Source: Chlorokybus atmophyticus (lineage: Eukaryota; Plantae; Mesostigma and Chlorokybus algae). Taken from it: a DNA stretch of 64,000 bases. The stretch is taken from contig RHPI01000560.1 of NCBI GenBank assembly GCA_009103225.1, positions 788,524 through 852,523 on the forward strand. Reading direction: 5' to 3'. Position numbers and translations under genes: made by a program. Shown one piece after another: positions 12,121-23,138 of the stretch; within the stretch, counting starts at the first letter, position 1; each line of letters starts with the position of its first letter. The notes beneath the pieces are model-generated. The model saw nothing but the letters and a program-made list of their open reading frames with translations, did not search any database and had not been told where the DNA came from.

Positions 12121-13010
12121 CATGTAAGTCGCTAGTGCCAACTCGCGCTCCAGGCTGTACTGTTGGTCATTGCTGGTGCATTCTGACAAGGCACTGTAAC
12201 AGCCATCACACGGGGTTACACACAGTCACACACAAGCTCTCACAAGCAAACACACGGTACAGACGGTACTGCACATGCAGCTGGTCACCATCAAGTGCCA
12301 AGTCGCGACCACATGTGCACCTCAGTCCACTGAATGGACATTAACCTGTATACAATACACGTGACATTTGCCTTCCCCACAGCTTGTCATTCACATCAAC
12401 GGATTAAGGTTACTATTCGCAATGCAACATCGTGCCGTGCAACTTGAGTCTCCATCTATTGGTGCACTTGAGAGAGGTTACATGCACTCGTTTCGGAACA
12501 TCTGAGCTGGTAAGTGCACACACTGCCTGCCCATACATGACACCACAATAGCATAACGAATAAATAACACAATGTGATGAGGATTGACCAGTCAGATTGA
12601 CAAACACGCATGTCAACCACAACTACAATACACCACGACTACAAACTACAGCATCGCATTTGCCTTTATTGCCAGCGTCCATGAAGTACACAGGCTTGTT
12701 GCACCATTCCCGCACACCACAAAATGCGCCCAGCTTTACCAGGCAGGTGGACTGGTTTCATGACAATGTCCCATCATGGAACACTGCGCATGGCAAACTT
12801 AGGATGGGACATAATGCAATCTTACGACAAAACCTGATTCACCTGCAATGCATGGTTGCCACCCCTCACATCGTTGCTGGAGGGATCTGCGGCACTACAG
12901 CACAGTGCACAACTCAATAACCAATGCCGATCCAAGAACATAACAACCACAACAATCATGCAGTTAACCGCATGTTCAGTGCCACCATTGTCAACAACCA
13001 ATGCCACTGT

Positions 13011-13094
13011 TGTAACGGAGTGCTATCGCGATGCGGTTCCCCGCCCTTATTTAATTAGAAATAAGGGTCTCAACGGGATAAACACAGCCATTAA
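13011..13094 (+). repeat. 5' LTR remnant of Gypsy A (first 84 bp only)
   Basis: About 90% identical to 17286-17369, then joins directly to gag sequence. Confidence 0.88.
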
Positions 13095-16000
13095 TGCAGT
13101 ACAACACGTCGGGGCAACCATTAGTTCCCGCGGACCCCGCAACTTTGCAAAGGTTGAGTGTGTGTCTGTTCAATGACGATGCTGCGGCTGTGCAGGACAA
13201 GTCACAGGTGGTGGCTTCAGTCAAGCCACATGGGGGAGGGGGGAAGCGGTTCCCTCCACCAAGTGCGCATGCAGCGAAAAAGGCCAAAACCTCATACGCT
13301 CCTGCGAGTGGTGCTATTGCAGCACGCGCCTGCTACGTGTGCCATCAGCCAGGTCACATTGCAAAGAACTGCCCAATCAAGGGAAAGGGCAAGGCCAAGA
13401 AGGTTGAATAGGATTACGTCGTGACTGATGTACCTTCATCTAGTGAACAGTTGCTAGTGTTACATGCAGCAAATTGGTTTGATGAATTGTCTCGTGTACA
13501 TGTAATGACACATGCATGGCAAGCACATGATAAGCTGCCACTTTTTGATAGTAAAAAAGTGGATCACCAGGCTTGTGTGCTAGTGCATGTAAAATTTAAC
13601 ATGCTAACATACGTTTTGCGCACATTATGTGAGTTATAAAATCAACACACGACATTGAGTGTGGTTGTCATGGTGCCGACGTATCATGGACCGTGGCTAA
13701 AGCATACTCGGGGGGGAACTGTGTTGAAACAATTCACAGAGCGTGAGACGGGGACAGTGCGGTTGTCAGCAATATTGATTAACCCGTGCATCAGTGACGG
13801 AATCTTTGCTACCTTTAGAGGGCGAGTAGTACCGTTATTGTGGACCTTCACATGCACGGCACAGAGTATTACTAGCTCGTTCTTGGTTGACACCGGGGCA
13901 ACGCATAACTTCGTCGAAGAAAAATGGGTTATGCGCAATAAAATAGCGTGTAAACCCTCAGCATTCTCAGCTGCTTGTGTTGGGGGTACGTTATCGGTAA
14001 AAGGTGAAATCAAGTGAAAAGTTAAGATTGGTAGTTATCAAGCCAATTTTACTTTCATTGTAGTGCCCATTGACATAGTTGGTGTTGATGTGGTATTTGG
14101 CCAAGAATGGCAGAATCAAGTGTCTATGACATTAGATACTGCTGCACGGCTGTGCACATTAGAGAAGGGGCGTAAGCGCATCACTTTGTCCGTGCAGGGG
14201 TCGAATAGCTTGGAATACAAGCAAACAAACCCTACGTTTCTTACGGCGCTTCAAGTAAAGCGTGCGTTGCGTAAAAACACACCTGCTTTTTCAATGCACT
14301 TAACGTCGAGTGATGATGTAGTGCCTGGCAATACAAAAGGTGTCGCGGACATCATTAAGAAATTTCAGGATGTGTTCTCAGATGAGTTGCTGAGCTTGCC
14401 CCCTGATCGAGGTGTCGGACACACAATACCTTTAATTCCTGATGGTAAGCCTCCATTTCGGTCTATATATAGGTTGAGCCCTCGTGTGAGGGGGGGAATG
14501 AAAACACAGATAAAAGAGTTATTGGAAAAGGGATTGATTGAGCCAAGTTTTTCACCCTTTGGCACCCATATAAAGAATGGGAAGTTGCGCATATGTGTGG
14601 ATTACCGTGTTCTAAACAAGATCACATTAAAGAACAGATACCCGTTGCCAAGGATTGATGATGTGTTTGACAAGTTGTCAGGGAATGCGTACTTTAGTAC
14701 GCTAAACTGAACAAGCGGCTATCATCAAATCCGGATTCATCCTTCGGATGTCTATAAGACAGCATTTAGGACACCTACGGGCCATTACCAATACAAAGTG
14801 TTACCTTTGGATTGACTAATGCACCTGCTATGTTTCAGACAGAAGTGAATAAAAATTTCAGTGACATGCTTGGTCAACATGTCATGATATACTTGGATGA
14901 CATCATTGTCTTTAGTAAAACAAAGGAAGACCATAGGCAATACTTGGAAGCGGTGTTTGCTAGATTGCGCAAGCATCGTTTGTTGGCAAATCTCACTAAG
15001 TGTGATTTTTGTAAAACGGAGTTGCCCTTTCTTAGTTACATTGTGAGTGGTGCAGGTATCAAACCTGACCCTCGCAAAGTGCAGATTGTAAAAGAGTGGC
15101 CCCGACCTCAGAATATCTATCAATTAAGGTCGTTTTTAGGGTTGGCAAACTATTTTCGCAACTTTATGATGGGGTACTCGACAGTTGTCATGCATTTGAC
15201 CAAACGGTTGCGTAAAAATGCCCCGTTCACTTGGACAACAGCACAAGAAGCTGCAAAAGGTGAAGTTGGCTTGAACATCGGCGTCGGTGTTAACACTGCC
15301 CAATTGGGACAAACACTTCACAGTGGTCAGTGACGCATCAACACTTGAGTGTGGTGCGCTACTATTGCAAGATGGTAGACCTTGTGCTTATGAGAGTAGG
15401 AAGTTTATTCCTGCAGAGGTGAACTACACTACGACAGAGCAAGAACTATTGGGTATAGTTCATGCTCTCGAGACATGGAAATGTTACTTAGAGGGTGTTC
15501 AGTTTACTGTTGTGACTGACCACAACCCGTTAGTGTATTTCTCAACACAACAAAACTTGTCGATACGGCAAGCGCGCTGGAATGAGTTTTTGTCCAGGTT
15601 CACCTTTGATTGGGTGTGTCGGCCGGGCAGAACCAATGTGGCTGACCCTTTGAGTCGCTGCCCGTCATTACGGGCAGTAATGCGCGCGCAATTACTCGCG
15701 CGCATTACCACGCAGCAAATTGTCTCCCAATGATGAGTTTGTACAAACTGTTGTACAGGGGTACACTTTGTACCCGTGGGTTTCTAATGTAGACAACTTA
15801 CAAAAGTTTGACAAACGTCACAATCTGTATTACATGAACAACTATTTGGCGATCCCTGATCATGCTAAACTGCGTGTAAAATGCAGAGTGGATGTACACG
15901 ATCCACCTTGCGCTGGGCACTTTGGTAGTCGCAAGACCACTAAGGCAGCGCAACAGTTGTATTGGTGGCCATTGTTGCCTGCTGATGTGTAGCGGTATGT

Positions 16001-17285
16001 GGACACGTGTGAGAAATGTGAACGTGACAAACCGTTACGTCAAAAGCCCGCTGGGCTACTGCGGCATTTACCAATTCCTGACAGTAAGTGGGAAGGTGTG
16101 AGTATGGACCTTATCACTGAGCTCCCTGAGACAGCGTTGGGTCATACTGCGGTTGCAGTGTTTGTGGATCGTTTGACCAGAGTGGTTCACATTGTTCCTT
16201 GCTGTACGGAGATAGGCTCCCGTGATCTAGCGATGATCCTTTGTCGCGTCAGTGTTCAAGTTGCATGGCTTGCCTCGCAACATTGTCTCAGACTGTGACT
16301 CAAGGTTTGTGGCTCAGTTTTGAAAGTCGTTATGCAACTTCCTGCAAATACAGCAACACATGAGTACCGCTTATCATCCGTAGACTGATGGTCAGACTGA
16401 ACGAGCCAATCAAGTGATTAAGGAAACCATTCGGCATTATGTGAGTCCGACTCAGTCGGATTGGGATATTTATCTTCCAATGGCTGAGTTCGCGATTAAT
16501 AATGCATGGCAAGAGAGAGTGCAGGAAACTTCGTTCTTCTTAAATTACGGAGTGCATCCACAAAGTCCTGCGGGCATTAAGTTGCCAGCTAACGACTTGA
16601 CTCGCGTGCCTGCAGCGCGCGAGATAGCTGCGGCCATGCAAGACAGGTTAGCATTGGCAAAGAGCTGTCTGCGCGCAGAGCAAGACCGACAGAAAGCCCA
16701 AGTTGATAAGCATCATAGGCAGGCCGACTATGATGTGGGCACTTCGGTGCTTTTGAGCACTGAAAACATATCCATTAAGGGAGTGGGTACCCGAAAATTG
16801 TTCCCTCGCCGGATAGGCCCCTTCAAAGTGGTTGATCGGGTCGGCACTCACGCATATCGCTTGGAGTTACCACATTCTATATGTATACATAATGTGTTTC
16901 ATGTGAGTGTACTGAAACCGTTCAAACGGTCGGGTTCAACCTCCTCCACCCCCAGTCGTAGTGGATGGCGATGATACTTTCCAGTATGAGGTGGGAACGA
17001 TCATGAGTCACTGTAAGCCCCGACGCGGACGCGCGCCGACTTACTTGGTGAAATGGAAAGGGTATGGTGTTGAATACAACACGCGGGAACCCGAAAGGAA
17101 TCTTACCAACTGCCAGGAGATTTTTCGGGCGTACTGGAGTGATGTGTCCGCACGCGAACGGTAAAAGGGTGCTGGCAGACATCTTTACCGCTTCGGCCCT
17201 TGTTCTTTTCTCACTCAGGTTTTCTGTGCTCACGGTGGGGCCTTGCTAACCCTTCAATGAGGACATTGAAACCTAAGTGGGGGGG

Positions 17286-17611
17286 CCTAACAGAGTGCTA
17301 TCGCTATGCGGTTCCTCGCCCTTATTTAATTGTATATAAGGGTCTCAACGGGATAAACACAGCCATTAAAGTCGTAATAGGGCCTTTATAGGCCCTAATA
17401 AGTTGTTATATTATTAAACACCGATATCAACTTGAGACTCAAATCTTTAATTAATATCGGCCGCATGGCGGCGCTGCTAACGCAGCGACCGCCATGACTA
17501 GGGGATATTTCAATCCCCTGGTTGCCAGCGGCGGCGGCAGCGACGTGGCTGTGGTTGGTGGTGTTGGGGTAGGGGATTAAAGGGGGGGGCAGTAGCACTC
17601 CCCCCCTTACA
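17286..17611 (+). repeat. 3' LTR of Gypsy A (326 bp)
   Basis: Follows the PPT, matches the 5' remnant, and ends TTACA directly before TSD ACTGT. Confidence 0.88.
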
Positions 17612-17723
17612 ACTGTGCACAACTGACTCTGCTGGTATGACGGGGTGCCACCCACAGTATTCAACTGCTGGAGAGGGGTGGGGCAAGCCAGGATTGTCGT
17701 CTGCACCATTATCACCGCTCTGC

Positions 17724-17798
17724 AGAGGATGGAGACTCCACTGCCCAACCTCATAAGGAAGTTCCTTACAAGGTTGGGCAGTGGAGTCTCCATCCTCT
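17724..17798. repeat. 75-nt near-perfect foldback (28-bp perfect stem + inner stem)
   Basis: 17724-17751 is the exact reverse complement of 17771-17798. Inner TAAGGAA/TTCCTTA with a CA/CA mismatch. Confidence 0.95.
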
Positions 17799-19654
17799 CC
17801 ACTTAATGTCATGCCACTGCTCAACGCAATGCCGTCGTCTACCCGGATCCATATCACAAGACGTGCGAAGCACCCTGCGCGCGAGCACCACGCCATGCAC
17901 CACATGCTCCACCACCAGCAACTTACTACTCATACGCTGTGGGAAGCCCGAGAGCGCCCTATTAGCACGATGCAGATTAAATCTAAACCCAAAACCCCCC
18001 GCCACATCTACATGCAGTTCCCTAACACCCTATTCCAATCCCGTAACAGAGGCAGCTATGTGCACAGGCCACCCGAGTAACACCAACCCAATGTTGTACA
18101 GAAAATCAGTATTCAATCACTATTCAACAATTAGGCCAACAAAGTGCACCACTATACCACCAAAGCAACATGCATCACACACACACTCACCTGATTATAT
18201 GCCGATTGATTAAATGACTGACTGCGCCTGATGAATGGCAAAACGCCGCAAGGCGAGAATGTGACGCCGTGGACGCCACCTACGCCAGCACCACTCTGAA
18301 CCGCCATGTAACATCCTCAATACAGCCAGCCACAGGAACTTAGCCCACGGCCGCCAATGCTCACCGCCCCGCCCACGCCAACAACAACAACAACTGCGAG
18401 CGGGAAACACCGTGATGAAAAGCGCTGATTAACGGCGACGGCAGAACAGTCTACTAACTACATCAGCCGCCGTGTACAACCTACTGTACAAACGAACATA
18501 ACACACAACACAGCACTGGTTAAACCTGGATTCAACAGCGCATGACAGCCATATATCGACAGAAGCAAGCACACCGTTGACAAAGATCCATCAGACTGCA
18601 ACGCCGCGTACCATCGTCACAAAGCATTTATCACAACCACATGTGCGTCTTTCGACCAGAGTGCAGCGGCTCAATAGCGTGTTGAATGCTGCAGCATGAC
18701 GGTCATTCCACCACACCCAGCGCTGTACACCTCTGACCTGACTAGCACAAGCTTTGCCTGAAGACCATTAGCGTCCCGACGGACTACGCATAGTGTAGCC
18801 CGCCACGGTTGGGTAGCTGCTGTGGCCCACAGCTTGTGGGTCTTACAAGGCAGCCATTTCAAGGCAGGGTGGAGGGTGTTCGATTCGCATTCAACACTTG
18901 GAAATCAAAACGAAGGTACGCTTCCGGCCGCGTGAAGCATTGGGTGTAAATTCGCCGCCACAGTTACTGTGGGTCTTACCACGCAGCCATCTCTTAAGTG
19001 TTTGATAGGCAATCAGCACCTGAAAATGGCCGCACCTTTGGTCTTTGGCGGCCTACCACAGGCAGTCGGATGCTGTCCATCGGTCAAAATGCACGGGATG
19101 ATGATGTGAAGTTTATAATCACTCCCCCCCGCCAGCCAATGACTGCAACTTGCAGCCTGCAAGTTGCAACACGAGTCGTACACTGTGGACGGCCCACGAC
19201 GGTCCAGATCGCCTGCCGCCCCCCTAACTACAGTAAGTACTACTTACTAAGTAGTACTACGTTGTACTACACGTGTAACATAGTACATTGTGCTAGTACC
19301 TAGTATAGTACGATGTGCTAGTTAGTAGTATACAGCCTACTCGGGCTATAAGTATCGTCTTTGTCAGTATAAATGCCCTATAAACATAAAATGTTAGGGA
19401 ACCAATGGTTAACCTAATAAGGTTTAAATTAGATAAGTCGGGACGAATTTCGAGGAAATAAGAGTCGGGATAAATTAAAATGTGGGAAACATACATGGTC
19501 GGGACGGAAGTTTGAGCGTGTAGCCAACACCGACCATGTATGGTCGGTGCAAATTTCTTGGGATTTTACAAGTCTTTGTGCTCGCGGCGTAATGGTGCTG
19601 TGCGTTTAACCAACATTATGTCGGCCGACGTAACACCTTATCTACTAGACCTTA

Positions 19655-20332
19655 TGTGACGGTGCTCGTGCCTTGCTACCTGTGAGTTGGTCCAATCAAC
19701 AACCCTCTCATCGAGACACGGTATTCACACCAGAATCTTGCCCCCTCTGCCAAGCACACACGCGCGCCCCGCCACTCGCGTACGCACGCGCATGCGCTCG
19801 AAGCTACACACCGACTTGTGTAGCGCCTTGAATTGTCACACAAGCAAGCACACACCGGTGGCCACACGCTAGCAACCCCTGCTGGCTACCACCAAGCTTG
19901 CACACTAAAAACTAGGGAGCTAAAGGTTGTATTGCAAATTGTAGAATGTCACTTTTAAACCTACCAGTCTGCACATGCTACTGTCTAGACGATTCTAGCG
20001 CTAGACGGAATTAAAGGCTAAGATATTCTTGCAGAATCTTGTAGTACACTTTTAGACCTTTCCAACGCATATGAGCAGCAAATCTCCTAATTTGCTGCTC
20101 ATATGGTCAAGTTATACTACTTGGCGCCAGGCCCTTCCAGAAATCTGGTCGAGCCCTTCTCGACTGGCCCTCCGTTTTTTGGCACCTTCCGGACTGGTCT
20201 TGGGGCCCCGGTCGATATCCGCGGCAGACTCATAACTCGCCGATATCCGCCACAAGTCATAAAGAACATGTACCTTACAAATAAGGCCTAAAATGGCCTT
20301 GAAAATTACAAAATTTGGCCTTGATCGTTACA
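19655..20332 (-). repeat. 3' LTR of Gypsy B (678 bp)
   Basis: High similarity to 22510-23138, 56448-56937 and 58810-59476. Confidence 0.92.
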
Positions 20333-22509
20333 CTCCTCCCCCCCTAGGTGAGCTTCGTCCTCGAAGCTCCCGAGGTTGTCGTCGAGCAAGATAGTCACGC
20401 ACAACATCTTTGAGCATTAGTCAAGTGTGCCTCTGGCTCCCAGGATGCTTCATGCAACGGATAGCCCTTCCATTTCACTAAAAACTTGCGTACGCCATGC
20501 ACAAACTTCTCACCAAGCTCCAAAGGTGACAACTTGTATACGGGTCGATACGGTGGCTTGTGCACGCTCTCAATCAGCTCCACACGGTGGTCTACGCTCC
20601 GTGGAGGTGGTAGACTAGATGGAAGTCCGTCCACCATGATATCTTGGTATTCTTTAACAAGTTTACATACCTCGGCGTCCATCGTAGCCGTCTTAACATC
20701 GTCACTCAGCTCCGGTGCTGACTTTGCAGTGTTTTCGCGCACCACACACAACCATGCAGCCCTTGCCTTCCGTGGAGACAATAACTTCCTCAATTGCACA
20801 TAAGAGATTTGGTCAATTGTCATAATACCTGATTGTGCGTGCCGCGCCTCGATGACGTCCGACGCAGCTTGAATGGACTCTCCACCGTTTTGTTCGATAA
20901 TGAGCACGCGCTTCTTTCAATTGATGGATGGATTATGTTGCCATAGCCACGGTAGTCCCAAAATTCCATCAAACCCGTTTCGTAGGGTGATGCAGCAAAA
21001 TCGCATGGTCTCCTTCATCTTCCCAATGCGAACACACAACTCTTTGGTCATAAACGCAGCGCCATCACCTCCAGAGGGTGGCTCTCCATCAGCGAGCTTC
21101 ACTTCACCTCCTCGTAATGACGAAAGCCAACCGTAACGCCGCGCAATATCAATACTCATAAAGTTGCTGATGGCACCGCTATCAATCATGAGCTTACACT
21201 CTCTCCATCGTCCTTGGTCATCGCAAGTGTGTGCTCGAAGCCCGAAGTACTCTGTTGTCTCCTCATTTGCAGAACTCACCACCGTTGGCGCGTTCATAGC
21301 CATCTTCTCTTGCTTCTTTAATGGAAACGTCACAGCATCCGCCCGTGCATGAGGCTCCTTCCTATCCCCAGCAGTAGCCTCCTCACCTACTGGGGGAAGT
21401 CCTTTTTCTGCTCCACGCCATTTTGCTCCATGGTGTTGACGCGACGATCACGGTGAGGGTTGCCATCCGGTGTTAGCCTTTGCGTGCTTCGTTTGGAGCA
21501 TCCGTACGCCAAATGCTCCGTCGACCCACACGCATAACACTTGCGCACACCTTTATCTCTTTCACCATGTCCGATGTGCTTTGCATCACTTCCATGTGTG
21601 TGTATGGCACCCATCTCCATTGGTGCAGGCCTAGAGTCAGCTCCACCTCCATCGGCAAGTGCTAAACTTGGTTCTCCTCGTCTCCATGCATGTTGAAAGC
21701 CTCCCCGGGGCTGATCACCATGCCTTTGCCTCCAATCAGTGTTTCTTGTGGTGGACTTGAAGTACAACGCGTCGAGACGCTCCGCGATGCGTATAGCCTC
21801 CGCGAGTGTCTTCGGGTCCCCTAGCTCCACTTCTTTACGCCCCAAAGGTTTTAAACCACGTGTATACCTGTCCAACTGCTCCTCCTCGATCATATTGGGT
21901 ATGGACATCACCAATCGCTGAAACGCGGCCGTGTACGCCATTACCGACCCCATTTGCACAAGGGCTGCAAGTTTGTCGCGTGCGGCCTTCACGCTCTCAA
22001 CGAGAACAAATTGATGTCTGACCTCCAGTGCCAACTCTTTCATGGTGGTCAATGGTAGCGCCAACCCGTTTGCAACACGCGTACATCGATGCCTCCACTA
22101 CACAAGTGCTGCACCGTCAAGCAACGTCGCTGCAACCTCCACGTGCAGATGCGTGGGCACCTCCGTGAGCTTCAACCAAGACGACACTTGAAAAATCCAT
22201 TCATCCACTGCATCTCCATCACGTTGACCCTTAAATGGCTTGGGCTTTGGCACCTTCACATGCACGCGCGAGCTTGATGCCATGGGAACTTGTACACGCG
22301 CCATCGCATGCTCATACGCCTCGCGTTGTGCTTGTGCCACCGCTTGCGTGTGATGAAGCTCTTCTCTCAATGCTAAGATGGCCGCTTGAAGCTCTTCCAT
22401 GCGAGCATCCTCCATCTCCACTAACACACTACACCCCGCTTCCGAATAAAAAGTGTAAACGCCCACACACTTCCTCTCTCACCTTCGTAAACCGTGCTCC
22501 GATACCAGT

Positions 22510-23138
22510 TGTGACGGTGCTCGTGCCTTGTCACCTGCGAGTTGATCCAATCAACAACCCTCTCACCAAGACACGGTATTCACACCGGAACCTTGCCCCC
22601 TCTGCCAAGCACACACGCGCGCCCCGCTCGCGTACGCACGCGCATGCGCTCGAAGCTACACACCGACTTGTGTAGCGCCTTGGATCGTCACACAAGCAAG
22701 CACACACCGGTGGCCACACGGTAGCAACCCCTGCTAGCCACCACCAAGCTTGCACACCAGATACTAGGGAGCTAAAGGTTGTATTGCAAATTGTAGAATG
22801 TCACTTTTATACCTACTAGTCTGCACATGCTACTGTCTAGACGATTCTAGCGCTAGACGGAACTAGAGGCTAAGATATTCTTGCAGAATCTTGTAGTACA
22901 CTTCTAGACCTTTCCAACGCACCAAAGATCGCGCCAGGCCCTTTCAGAAATCTGGTCGAGCCCTTCTCGACTGGCCCTCCGTTTTTTGGCACCTTCCGGA
23001 CTGGTCTTGGGGCCCCGGTCGATATCCGCGGCAGACTCATAACTCGCCGATATCCGCCACAAGTCATAAAGAAATGTACCTTACAAATAAGGCCTAAAAT
23101 GGCCATGAAAATCACAAAATTTGGCCTTGACTGTTACA
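22510..23138 (-). repeat. 5' LTR of Gypsy B (629 bp, internal deletion)
   Basis: Adjacent to the PBS; lacks about 50 bp present in the other copies. Confidence 0.92.

Larger units (their letters stand above)
13011..17611 (+). mobile_element. Ty3/Gypsy chromovirus (family A), degenerate; 5' LTR, PBS and most of gag deleted
   Basis: TGTAA...TTACA ends with 5-bp TSD ACTGT (13006-13010 / 17612-17616). Gag knuckle CYVCHQPGHIAKNC, protease FLVDTGATHNF, RT YLDDIIVFS, RNase H DAS...TDHNPL, integrase (HDPPCAGH...CEKC; HP*TDGQTE), chromodomain YLVKWKGY, PPT 17276-17285. Many stops and frameshifts. Confidence 0.93.
19655..23138 (-). mobile_element. Non-autonomous Ty3/Gypsy chromovirus (family B): LTR-PBS-gag-protease-[RT/RH/IN deleted]-chromodomain-PPT-LTR
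   Basis: LTRs 19655-20332 and 22510-23138 (TG...CA). PBS TGGTATCGGAGC (22496-22507, Met-i type). PPT at 20333-20345. Gag with CYACGSTEHLAYGC, protease LMIDSGAISNF, and YRPVYKLSPLEL fused to GEKFVHGVRKFLVKWKGY. Flanks CCTTA/TTGGC are not a TSD. Confidence 0.93.

Noticed and set aside
12776-12823. 10-bp inverted repeat with 27-nt spacer
   Set aside because: Expected by chance in 64 kb.
13409-13411. Programmed TAG readthrough between gag and pol of Gypsy A
   Set aside because: The element has many mutational stops, including CAG-to-TAG, so this cannot be distinguished from decay.
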